Positions 50,193 to 58,754 of a stretch of DNA of 64,000 nucleotides are shown piece by piece. How positions within the stretch are numbered: position 1 is the stretch's first letter; each line of letters starts with the position of its first letter. The stretch lies in the IMG/VR virus record IMGVR_UViG_3300008266_000015. One strand, 5' to 3'. The position numbers and the translations under genes were made by a program. The notes under the pieces were generated by a model. It had not been told where the DNA came from and ran no database searches. It saw nothing but the letters and a program-made list of their open reading frames with translations. This stretch comes from a virus.

Positions 50193-50703
50193 ATTTAGCG
50201 AAAAATTATCTGAAATAGCTATTATTCAGCCAGATGTATTCTATGATTTTAGAGGTGAATATATTGAAACATGGAATGTTGAGAACTATAAAGTATTCAA
50301 TAAAGGTAATATTGAGTTTAAACAGGATGATGTCAGTGTATCAAATAAACATACATTAAGAGGACTACATGGTGATTTTGAAACTTGGAAATTAGTTCAA
50401 TGCATTTATGGTTCTTTACTACAGGTAGTAGTAGATATGAGACCAGATAGCAAAACTTATCTTCAATATGATATGTTTTCTATTACTGATAAAAACAGGT
50501 CTCAAATTCTTATCCCACCTGGATTTGCTAATGGTCATTTGGTAATGAGTGAAATTGGAGTTTTTTCTTATAAACAATCTACATTGTATACCGGGGTAAA
50601 TGCTCAATTTACTGTAAAATGGAATGATCCTAAGATTGATATTCCTTGGCCTATTGAAAATCCTATATTATCTTCAAGAGATAAAAATGCTAAATTAATA
50701 TGA
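50182..50703 (+). CDS. rmlC: dTDP-4-dehydrorhamnose 3,5-epimerase family
   Basis: D.RGEY.E, LRGLH, KLVQC, VDMR, IPPGFANGH, WNDP..WP, SSRD. Confidence 0.88.
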   Translation: MKYKFSEKLSEIAIIQPDVFYDFRGEYIETWNVENYKVFNKGNIEFKQDDVSVSNKHTLRGLHGDFETWKLVQCIYGSLLQVVVDMRPDSKTYLQYDMFSITDKNRSQILIPPGFANGHLVMSEIGVFSYKQSTLYTGVNAQFTVKWNDPKIDIPWPIENPILSSRDKNAKLI

Positions 50704-51638
50704 AAAAAGTTCTAATCACAGGAGGAGCAGGTTACTTAGGCTCAGTTTTAACAGAGGTATTATTAAATAAAGGATACCAAGTAACAGTTTTAGATAATTT
50801 AACCTACAAACAAGTATCAGTATCTCCATTCAGCTATAATAAAAATTTTAATTTTATTTTAGGAGATGTTACTATTGAATCAACTCTAAAACCATTAGTT
50901 GAATCACATGATATTATTATTCCTTTAGCAGCTATAGTAGGGATGCCAGCTTGTAAAGCTCAACCTGAATTAACAGTAAAGGTTAATTATGAGCAAGTTA
51001 AAAATATTACTGAATGGATGACTAAGGAACAAAAGTTGATTATTCCAAACACTAATAGCCAATATGGTTCATCAACTGAAATTATTACTGAGGATAGTCC
51101 ATTTAAACCACTTTCGTTATATGCTGAAACAAAATGTGATGCTGAAAAAGCAGTATTAGATTCAGGTAATGGTATCGTATTAAGATTAGCAACAGTATTT
51201 GGTATGTCTTATAGAATGAGAATGGATTTACTAGTTAATGATTTTGTATATAAAGCGTTAACCGATGGTTATTTGGTATTGTTTGAAAGTCATTTTATTC
51301 GCAATTATATCCACATTAGAGACGTAGCTAATACATTTCTTTTCATGATTGAAAACTATAAAACATGTAACAATAATGCTTTTAATGTAGGTTTAACCTC
51401 AGCTAACTGTACTAAATTAGAATTAGTTCAGACTATCCAAAAATATGTTCCTGATTTGGTTATTGTTGAAAATAACTTCAAACAAGATTTTGATCAAAGA
51501 AACTATATGGTTTCAAATGAAAAATTAGAATCTAAAGGATGGAAACCTGAATTTAGTTTAGAAGATGGAATTCAAGAATTAATTAAGGGATATCAATTAA
51601 TTAAAAAATATAATAATAAAAACTTTACAAATCTATAA
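50700..51638 (+). CDS. NAD-dependent epimerase/dehydratase
   Basis: TGGAGYLGS, YAETK, RLATVFG. Confidence 0.88.
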   Translation: MKKVLITGGAGYLGSVLTEVLLNKGYQVTVLDNLTYKQVSVSPFSYNKNFNFILGDVTIESTLKPLVESHDIIIPLAAIVGMPACKAQPELTVKVNYEQVKNITEWMTKEQKLIIPNTNSQYGSSTEIITEDSPFKPLSLYAETKCDAEKAVLDSGNGIVLRLATVFGMSYRMRMDLLVNDFVYKALTDGYLVLFESHFIRNYIHIRDVANTFLFMIENYKTCNNNAFNVGLTSANCTKLELVQTIQKYVPDLVIVENNFKQDFDQRNYMVSNEKLESKGWKPEFSLEDGIQELIKGYQLIKKYNNKNFTNL

Positions 51639-51640
51639 AA

Positions 51641-52306
51641 ATGGAAAACCTAAAACTAAAAACCGATTTCCCAATAGCATATGAATCACCAGATCATTTA
51701 ATGCCTTGGGGTACTATGAGAGATAATTCAACCAACCCTTCCTTTATTCAGGAAGTTCAAGATTTTTTTAAATCAAATTACGATTTAGATAAAATTAAAT
51801 TTATGGACCTAGGTTGTTCAGGAGGACAATTAGCTGTAGATTTCTATAAAAAAGGAAATATAGCTGTTGGATTAGAGGGAAGCGATTATAGTGTTAAACA
51901 TCAAAGAGCTAATTGGCCCGAATATCATGATAAAATGCTATTCACTTGCGATGCATCTAAACCATATACTGTACTTCTAAATGATGAACAATATAAGTGT
52001 AATATGATAACAGCTTGGGAGGTTATTGAACATATTCATCCTGATACCTTAAATATGTTTTTTACTAATATTTCTAATCACCTAGAAAATCATGGTGTTT
52101 TTGTAGGGTCAATCTCAACAAATGTAGAAATTATTGATGGTCATGTTTTACACCAAGCCGTATTCTCAGAAGTAGACTGGTATAAGAATTTTTCAAAGTT
52201 TTTAGAAGGAACTAATCTTGTTTTATATAAATACCCATTTGAACACGTTGTAAGAGGTGATGCAGGTTCATTTCATGTCTTACTTAGAAAAGAAGTAAAT
52301 GAATAA
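51641..52306 (+). CDS. Class I SAM-dependent methyltransferase
   Basis: MDLGCSGG, GLEGS, WEVIEHI. Confidence 0.85.
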   Translation: MENLKLKTDFPIAYESPDHLMPWGTMRDNSTNPSFIQEVQDFFKSNYDLDKIKFMDLGCSGGQLAVDFYKKGNIAVGLEGSDYSVKHQRANWPEYHDKMLFTCDASKPYTVLLNDEQYKCNMITAWEVIEHIHPDTLNMFFTNISNHLENHGVFVGSISTNVEIIDGHVLHQAVFSEVDWYKNFSKFLEGTNLVLYKYPFEHVVRGDAGSFHVLLRKEVNE

Positions 52307-53180
52307 TATATTAATAACTGGAGCAACCGGTTTTGTTGGTAAACATTTATCTAAAACTTTAAAAACCCAAAATGATAATATTGTAGAATTAAATTCTAAA
52401 AATTTTAATTCAATTTGGGACTATAAAGAGAAATTTGATTATATTATCCACCTAGCTGTCAAAACAGCAGCAGGTGGATACTGCCAAAATCATCCCGGGG
52501 AACAATACCTAATCAATTCAGATATTAATAATACAATATTAAAGTATTGGAAAGAGTATCAACCACAAGCTAAAATGATTACATTTGGATCGTCATGTGG
52601 ATACGATAAAAATAATGTTAAAACTGAAGACAATTATTTAAAAGGTGAGACTGAACCAGGATATGAAGCTTATGGAGCAATAAAGCGTAATTTATTAGTT
52701 GGTTTACAATCACTAAAAAAAGAATATAATATGGAATACTCTTATTTGATTCCATCTGTATTTTATGGACCTGAATATGATTTAGATGATAAACATTTTA
52801 TATTTGATTTAATTAGAAAAATAGTAAATGCTAAAAACGGAGGAGATAAAGTAATACTTTGGGGTACTGGAGACCAAACTCGCGAGTTAATTTATATCAA
52901 TGATGCAGTTGATATTATTATTAAATCAATGTCTTGGAATAAACATACAGTTAATTTATCCTCAGGTAAAAGTCATTCAATTAAAGAATATGCTCAAATA
53001 ATTTGTGATGTTGTAGGATATGATTCTAATTTAATAGAATGGGATACTACTGCTTTTGTTGGTTCTCCAAATAAAAAATTAATCAATACTCATTTACAAG
53101 ATTATAATTTTACTTCATTAAAAGAAGGATTAATAGAAACAATTAAATATTATGAAAATAGGAGTAGTAGTAGTAAATAG
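52299..53180 (+). CDS. GDP-L-fucose synthase-like extended SDR
   Basis: TGATGFVG, GSSCGY, YGAIK, WGTGDQTRE.IY..D. Confidence 0.8.
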   Translation: MNNILITGATGFVGKHLSKTLKTQNDNIVELNSKNFNSIWDYKEKFDYIIHLAVKTAAGGYCQNHPGEQYLINSDINNTILKYWKEYQPQAKMITFGSSCGYDKNNVKTEDNYLKGETEPGYEAYGAIKRNLLVGLQSLKKEYNMEYSYLIPSVFYGPEYDLDDKHFIFDLIRKIVNAKNGGDKVILWGTGDQTRELIYINDAVDIIIKSMSWNKHTVNLSSGKSHSIKEYAQIICDVVGYDSNLIEWDTTAFVGSPNKKLINTHLQDYNFTSLKEGLIETIKYYENRSSSSK

Positions 53181-54036
53181 AAATGACGGATATAAAGATT
53201 TTGAAAGAGGAATTATCCATTTTAAATCAATGTTAGATACTTTTGATGAAGTAACTTATATTGACTGGAACTCTCCCTCAGGATCTTTCTTATGGGAAAT
53301 TAAAGATGAATTACCTAAAACAGGTAAAATCAAACACTTTATAATTCCCCCAGAAATTGTTTCCCAAATTATTGTTGATCCTAGAGCTCAACAATGTAAT
53401 GAGGGATTAAGTAGAAATATAGGAATTAGAAGAAGTGATTGTGATTGGGTAGTATCAACTAATATAGATATTATTCCTCCAAAACGTGAAGATTTAATTA
53501 AAACTATAGAAAAGTTAGATTCTAAAACTTTTTATACTATTTCAAGACGTGAAGCACCAAAGGAATTAGTATACAAATATGGTCACAAAGATTGGAAATC
53601 CCTTCAAGATGAATTATATCTTACTATACCTGAAAGGCATTTTCCAGCTATGGTAACTCCTAATGACCATTATAGTTTAATTAACTGCTGTGGAGATTTT
53701 CAATTAGCTCATAAAGATGTATGGAATACTATAAAAGGATTTGAAGAATCAATGACATACGCTTGCTTTATAGATACCAATATCCAGAAAAAAGCGGTAT
53801 TAAATAAATTCAATTTACAAGCCCTATATAATCCACCTCTATTCCATATGGAACATGGAGCATATTATACTAAAGAAGATGGTACTAGAGTATCAGATCC
53901 TAATCATAAAGGAGCATATACTGGTGATACTAAAGCATATAATGATGCCGGAAAATGGGTAGAATACTTCCAACAATCAGAAAATGATGAAGATTGGGGT
54001 CTTTCAACTATAGAAATTGAATTTGAAACAATTTAA
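53152..54036 (+). CDS. GT-A fold glycosyltransferase-like protein
   Basis: RND.Y, IDWNS, RNIGIRR, TNIDII, GDFQL, GFEE, HMEH. Confidence 0.7.
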   Translation: MKIGVVVVNRNDGYKDFERGIIHFKSMLDTFDEVTYIDWNSPSGSFLWEIKDELPKTGKIKHFIIPPEIVSQIIVDPRAQQCNEGLSRNIGIRRSDCDWVVSTNIDIIPPKREDLIKTIEKLDSKTFYTISRREAPKELVYKYGHKDWKSLQDELYLTIPERHFPAMVTPNDHYSLINCCGDFQLAHKDVWNTIKGFEESMTYACFIDTNIQKKAVLNKFNLQALYNPPLFHMEHGAYYTKEDGTRVSDPNHKGAYTGDTKAYNDAGKWVEYFQQSENDEDWGLSTIEIEFETI

Positions 54037-54084
54037 AAATTAGGATTTCAAAATCTTTAATTGTATATTTAAATAAAAAAGAAT

Positions 54085-54252
54085 ATGTTAAACTTTATAC
54101 GATATTTTTATTACTCAAAAGTTGATTCAACTAAAGAGCCAATAGATAGAATAGTAGCAATAGATTACGATACGGCTCTCGAATACTTCGCAGAACGTAA
54201 ACAAATGAACCCATATGAATTTTTGAAAATATATGAAATTAAATCTGAATAA
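54085..54252 (+). CDS. Small hypothetical protein
   Basis: 55-aa ORF MLNFIRYFYYSKVDS...YEIKSE* directly after the promoter at 54041. Confidence 0.55.
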   Translation: MLNFIRYFYYSKVDSTKEPIDRIVAIDYDTALEYFAERKQMNPYEFLKIYEIKSE

Positions 54253-54643
54253 TTTTGGGAAACGATTAAAACTAATCAAACGTACCAAAAAATCAAAAGA
54301 AATCTCTGAATCAGATTTATTTGTTGAGTCAATTGGAACGATGGATCATTGTTGGGATCGTTCTAATAAGCTTTATGGAACGTTTGGATTAAATACTCTA
54401 GAGTATGAGGAAAGCTATTATCAAATTATTGAAAATCTCCTATTAATCAAATATGGATATTGGAAAACAGAAATTATATTATGGTATGTGTTTGGGAGAA
54501 AAGATGAAGAGGAAAATGTCCATCCACTTATAGTACAACATGTTGGAAAAGAAGAAGAAGAGGTATTTATTACCACACCACTTGAGTTGTGGAATTTTTT
54601 AGTTAAAGTAGAAGAACAAAAAGATAAAGATGAAAATGAATAA
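54233..54643 (+). CDS. Hypothetical protein
   Basis: 136-aa ORF. Confidence 0.6.
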   Translation: MKLNLNNFGKRLKLIKRTKKSKEISESDLFVESIGTMDHCWDRSNKLYGTFGLNTLEYEESYYQIIENLLLIKYGYWKTEIILWYVFGRKDEEENVHPLIVQHVGKEEEEVFITTPLELWNFLVKVEEQKDKDENE

Positions 54644-54929
54644 GTTATGTATAGGGTGTGGAGAACCAATTCATCCAAAACGTTTGGAGATACTCCCAAA
54701 CGCAATCAGATGTGTTGCTTGTTCAACCACTGGTAAAAAAGCAGCAATTACAGTTACTAAAGGTGAGGGAGACCATACCTATAACGAAACTGTTATTATG
54801 GATAGAGAAGAATTTAATAAAATCCAGGAAATGGAATTTAAAATCCATGGTAAACGTAAAGACTCTATCTCACATCCCGATGAGGATGCAAGTGAAGAAG
54901 CAACAGATACAACCCCAATTGCAGAATAA
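54630..54929 (+). CDS. DksA/TraR-type C4 zinc-finger protein
   Basis: CIGCGEPIHPKRLEILPNAIRCVAC. Confidence 0.85.
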   Translation: MKMNKLCIGCGEPIHPKRLEILPNAIRCVACSTTGKKAAITVTKGEGDHTYNETVIMDREEFNKIQEMEFKIHGKRKDSISHPDEDASEEATDTTPIAE

Positions 54930-55579
54930 TGGGTAAGAGAAAAGATTTAACCAAAGAACAAATATTGTTGGCGATGCGCAACACGAAATCGAATCGTGCC
55001 GCAGCACGTTACCTAAACTGTTCATACATTCACTACAAAACGTGGGCTAAACGCTACCATGAATTTGAAGGTGGTAGATCGTTGTTTGAAGTGCACTTGA
55101 ACCAACGAGGAGTAGGTATTCCTAAATTCTTAGGTGGAGTACGTGGACGTAAAAGTAAATGGGATATACTAGATGTCATTGAAGGTAGAATATCAGTAAA
55201 CCACTTCAAACCAGGAGAAATTAAAGATAAAATGGTTGATGCTGGACTTTTAAAAGAGGAATGTGATATGTGTGGATTTCAAGAACGCAGAGTAAGAGAT
55301 TATAAAATACCACTTATATTGAATTTTAGAGACAATAACTCTAACCACTACAATTTTGGAAATGTTCGTTTTTTATGTTATAATTGTTATTTTCTAAACA
55401 TTGGAAATATCTTTAACAATCAAGATATTAAACAATTAGAAACACACACTCCAACACGTGGAACTAGTGACGAGATAGATTTTCAATTAGATGATTATCA
55501 ACTAAAACAACTAGAGAAACTAGGATTGTTTCAGCCTCCAAAACCAGATGATGGAAGTGAGTTTATTTCAAGAATTTGA
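54929..55579 (+). CDS. HTH + degenerate HNH zinc-finger protein
   Basis: N-terminal SNRAAARYLNCSY HTH; CDMCG ... LNFRDNNSNHYNFGNVRFLCYNCY. Confidence 0.65.
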   Translation: MGKRKDLTKEQILLAMRNTKSNRAAARYLNCSYIHYKTWAKRYHEFEGGRSLFEVHLNQRGVGIPKFLGGVRGRKSKWDILDVIEGRISVNHFKPGEIKDKMVDAGLLKEECDMCGFQERRVRDYKIPLILNFRDNNSNHYNFGNVRFLCYNCYFLNIGNIFNNQDIKQLETHTPTRGTSDEIDFQLDDYQLKQLEKLGLFQPPKPDDGSEFISRI

Positions 55580-55596
55580 AATATTTATAAACAAAA

Positions 55597-56133
55597 ATGA
55601 TTAAATTGAAAGAGATATTAGACGAAATCATATTGGACGATTTGATAAAAAGACCAGATATGATATTAATATCTGAGGAGGTTTCTTCATTTCAAGAATT
55701 AGCAGATCCTGATTTTTCATATAAATACAATGAGATAAAACCAAATGTTTGGAGATTCAATGATAGATTTGGAAATACACTTGAGGTTCAATTCCTCCCA
55801 AATGTTAAAGAATTTGAATCTTATTACATAATGCAAAATACCAAGGGGAAAGAAGTAAAGATATTTGATTATGATACTAATAAAGACTACCTAGATCCCA
55901 CATCATTTCAGGGTGGTTCAGATGAGCATCGTTCAGATACAATATGTAAAATACTATTAGATGAGGTTCTTCCTGAATATCTTCTAAATGAAAAACCTTC
56001 AATTGTGAAACTTCATCCTTTAAATGATTATAGATATAAAATATTTATGAAATGTGCCGAGGTATGTAAAGAAAGACATCCAAATATTGAAATTAAACCT
56101 CTAGGAAGAGATATTTACCTAATAAATAAATAA
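55597..56133 (+). CDS. MIKL-leader protein (paralog of 43189)
   Basis: MIKLKEILDE leader; ATATTTAT at 55581. Confidence 0.6.
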   Translation: MIKLKEILDEIILDDLIKRPDMILISEEVSSFQELADPDFSYKYNEIKPNVWRFNDRFGNTLEVQFLPNVKEFESYYIMQNTKGKEVKIFDYDTNKDYLDPTSFQGGSDEHRSDTICKILLDEVLPEYLLNEKPSIVKLHPLNDYRYKIFMKCAEVCKERHPNIEIKPLGRDIYLINK

Positions 56134-56135
56134 AA

Positions 56136-56294
56136 ATGGCTAAGCATAAAAAACATGACTCTTTAGTTAAAGACTATGAAGCACAAAAAGCCAAACATTT
56201 AGAAAAACTTGCTTCCCAAATGTTGAAGCAAGATGAAAAAATGCAAAAACTAAAAGAAAAAAATATTAATAACGATTTCCTAAAACTATTTTAA
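56136..56294 (+). CDS. Small basic helical protein
   Basis: 52-aa ORF MAKHKKHDSLVKDYE...FLKLF*. Confidence 0.55.
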   Translation: MAKHKKHDSLVKDYEAQKAKHLEKLASQMLKQDEKMQKLKEKNINNDFLKLF

Positions 56295-56298
56295 AAAT

Positions 56299-56604
56299 AT
56301 GAAACCAACAATATTTAAAGTAAACACACTTGAGGAATTTCAGGAAATGGTTGATAAAAAGGACTTTAGTATATCTAAAGCGGTAGTAGATTCAATTTTA
56401 GGGAACTTAAAAACGCGTAAAAAGAATGTTCATATGCTTTCTGTAAAATGTATTGAGGAAAATACTATATTTGATATAACGCTTGAAAAAGTTAATTTTG
56501 CGGATACTTTAAAACAAAACTTAACATATTTTGAAAAACATGAAATGTTTGAAGAATGCGTTAAGATAAATGATGCAATTGCACAGTTAAGTAAGAGTAA
56601 ATAG
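56299..56604 (+). CDS. Hypothetical protein with UVR-like C-terminal helix
   Basis: YFEKHEMFEECVKINDAI. Confidence 0.55.
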   Translation: MKPTIFKVNTLEEFQEMVDKKDFSISKAVVDSILGNLKTRKKNVHMLSVKCIEENTIFDITLEKVNFADTLKQNLTYFEKHEMFEECVKINDAIAQLSKSK

Positions 56605-56624
56605 CTCGCCATATTTATTATAAA

Positions 56625-56765
56625 ATGGCAAAGACAAAAGAATCCTCTTCAAAACTATTAAGCAAAACAAAAATTAAACGTCCTGGTGTACATAGCAAGA
56701 AAAAAACCAGTTCTCTAAAATCAAGCAAAAATTATAAAAAATTGTATAACGCTCAAGGAAAATGA
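56625..56765 (+). CDS. Small very basic protein
   Basis: MAKTKESSSKTIKQNKIKRPGVHSKKKTSSLKSSKNYKKLYNAQGK*; ATATTTAT at 56611; ATGA overlap with 56762. Confidence 0.65.
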   Translation: MAKTKESSSKLLSKTKIKRPGVHSKKKTSSLKSSKNYKKLYNAQGK

Positions 56766-56803
56766 AAAAATCGGAATTGAAACAAATCATTAAGGAGGAA
56801 ATC
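56762..56803 (+). repeat. Dispersed ~42-bp coding repeat (leader) at 30966, 56762, 57108, 57631; partial at 58878
   Basis: atgaaaaaatcNgaaYtNMaacaRMtYatYaaRgaRgaaat; differences mostly synonymous. Confidence 0.8.
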
Positions 56804-57106
56804 ACTAAAGCACTAACAGAAATAGAAAATAGTGAAGACTATTCAGATTTAGTTTATAAAGATATGTGGGAGGATTTACTTACATGGGCTAAATCTAATA
56901 GAACTTCTACAAGAAAGGATGCCAAATATCCAAGTTTAAAAAAACAAGAAGAATATTTATTCTCTATTGCACCAACGTATGGTGTTGATGTTAACATGTT
57001 AAAAAAAGCACTAAAACAATACGATGCAATCCATAACAGAACATACGGTATGATTCCTGGTGGACTAACGTGGCAAGAATGGGTTGATGCTAAAATAAGC
57101 AAATAA
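56762..57106 (+). CDS. MKKSEL-leader protein
   Basis: MKKSELKQIIKEEITKALTE. Confidence 0.7.
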   Translation: MKKSELKQIIKEEITKALTEIENSEDYSDLVYKDMWEDLLTWAKSNRTSTRKDAKYPSLKKQEEYLFSIAPTYGVDVNMLKKALKQYDAIHNRTYGMIPGGLTWQEWVDAKISK

Positions 57107-57107
57107 A

Positions 57108-57629
57108 ATGAAAAAATCTGAACTGAAACAGATCATTAAGGAGGAAATTGAAAAAGCACTATCTAGTACCCCATCAATTGAATTAAATACTTCTTTTCTT
57201 CAATCCCAAGATGATTTTGAAAGGGGAGGAGATACAGGATATACGGTATGGAAACCTGAATTTAAAAATGGTTTAAAAGCCAACCAACAAAATTTTAAAT
57301 CCTCAGGTAAACCAGCTATCCCAGTTCAAAGAGTAAAATTTGAAATGATAGATACTATGAGTGATAGAGGGGAAGATATATCTTACATTAATGTTAAGTT
57401 TAAAAAACCATTAAATGAAATCTTTATTGATTTAGATGATTACGATCCTGAAGAATTTGGTGTAGAAGATTTTGAGAAATTTGATGAAATAGTTGATTCT
57501 AAACAAAACCCAACATTACAAGATGTTTCTGGATTAATTGATTTGAAAAATAAAAATCTCAGTTTTTATGGTTGTTATGTTTTAGATATCAAACCAAACG
57601 AGATAGTTAAAATTACAAAAGAAAATTAA
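57108..57629 (+). CDS. MKKSEL-leader protein
   Basis: MKKSELKQIIKEEIEKALS. Confidence 0.7.
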   Translation: MKKSELKQIIKEEIEKALSSTPSIELNTSFLQSQDDFERGGDTGYTVWKPEFKNGLKANQQNFKSSGKPAIPVQRVKFEMIDTMSDRGEDISYINVKFKKPLNEIFIDLDDYDPEEFGVEDFEKFDEIVDSKQNPTLQDVSGLIDLKNKNLSFYGCYVLDIKPNEIVKITKEN

Positions 57630-57630
57630 A

Positions 57631-58140
57631 ATGAAAAAATCTGAACTACAACAACTTATCAAAGAGGAAATATTAGCTGAGGTTAAAAAAGATAAATCTG
57701 GTTTACCATTCGCTCTAGCAGCAAATATCGAGAAATACGGTTCACCACGCACCCCAAAAGGAGCTAAGCCAACTGACTTTACTAAAAAACAAGAAAAAAG
57801 TGTAAAGAAAACAGCTGAAAAACTTAAGAAATCTATTTCCGAAAACAAAGACAACTACATGTTTTTCCAAAACCTTAAGACAATTAAAGATGCTGTAGAT
57901 GAAATGTTATCACTTGACCCATCAATGGTGGATATAATTTTATCTGATGGACACGACTGGGCTAACGACCATATTGCAACATCAAAAGACGATGTTGAAG
58001 AGGTTAAAAATTTCCTCACATCTAAAAGAGTCGTAGCAGAAAAACTTAAAGGCGGACAAAAGAAACTAGACGTGGCTGAACCAAAAGGGAAAATCACGGC
58101 TGCGGATTTTAAGGCTCTGCAAGCAATGAAGAAAAAATAG
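57631..58140 (+). CDS. MKKSEL-leader protein, modular
   Basis: MKKSELQQLIKEEILAE; C-terminal QKKLDVAEPKGKITAADF EF-hand-like motif. Confidence 0.7.
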   Translation: MKKSELQQLIKEEILAEVKKDKSGLPFALAANIEKYGSPRTPKGAKPTDFTKKQEKSVKKTAEKLKKSISENKDNYMFFQNLKTIKDAVDEMLSLDPSMVDIILSDGHDWANDHIATSKDDVEEVKNFLTSKRVVAEKLKGGQKKLDVAEPKGKITAADFKALQAMKKK

Positions 58141-58166
58141 AGGACTAGGAATACAAGTCCTCTTTT
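58140..58166 (+). terminator. Terminator hairpin overlapping a promoter
   Basis: GAGGACT-aggaataca-AGTCCTC then TTTT; TAGG at 58146. Confidence 0.65.
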
Positions 58167-58199
58167 CTTATATTTAATCAACTTAAAAAACAAAAGGTT

Positions 58200-58718
58200 A
58201 TGAACGTAATAGAAAATACAGAAATCTTCCCACCACGCAAACGTTTCGTGGATGTTGAAGAAAAATTTACCAAATACATCATTGGTGGTCGTGTATTACC
58301 AGTAACGTACTTTGAAGACCCATCAATTCATTTCACATTAAAAGCAGTATACCAACCAGGAGATAAAAGAACATTTCCTAATGGTGGTTTTGAAGTGTAT
58401 GGTCCTGAGGGTAGTGTGTTTAACTATGAATTAGATCAATTAGTAATGCATCCATTTCATTATAGAATGATGAATTATTTTTCTAAAGCACAAAACATTG
58501 TTAAAGAAAAAGTAACTACAGGTGTAAAAGGTAGACGGGGACGTCCACGTAAAGACCCAAGCGAATTAAAAACGCAAGCAGTGTATGTACCAACTGGTGG
58601 AACGCGTGGACGCAAACCAATGGACCCTGCACTTAAAGCATTGAAAGAAGCTGAAAAAGCAGAACGTGCTTTACTAAGCAATGGAAGACGCGGACGTCCA
58701 AAAAAAGTAGTCTCTTAG
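58200..58718 (+). CDS. AT-hook DNA-binding protein
   Basis: RRGRPRK, RGRKP, RRGRPKK. Confidence 0.7.
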   Translation: MNVIENTEIFPPRKRFVDVEEKFTKYIIGGRVLPVTYFEDPSIHFTLKAVYQPGDKRTFPNGGFEVYGPEGSVFNYELDQLVMHPFHYRMMNYFSKAQNIVKEKVTTGVKGRRGRPRKDPSELKTQAVYVPTGGTRGRKPMDPALKALKEAEKAERALLSNGRRGRPKKVVS

Positions 58719-58726
58719 GAGACTAC
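58707..58726. terminator. Hairpin at the end of the AT-hook gene
   Basis: GTAGTCTC-ttag-GAGACTAC perfect 8-bp stem just before ATATTTAT. Confidence 0.55.
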
Positions 58727-58754
58727 ACATATTTATAATAAAATATTTGTTACT

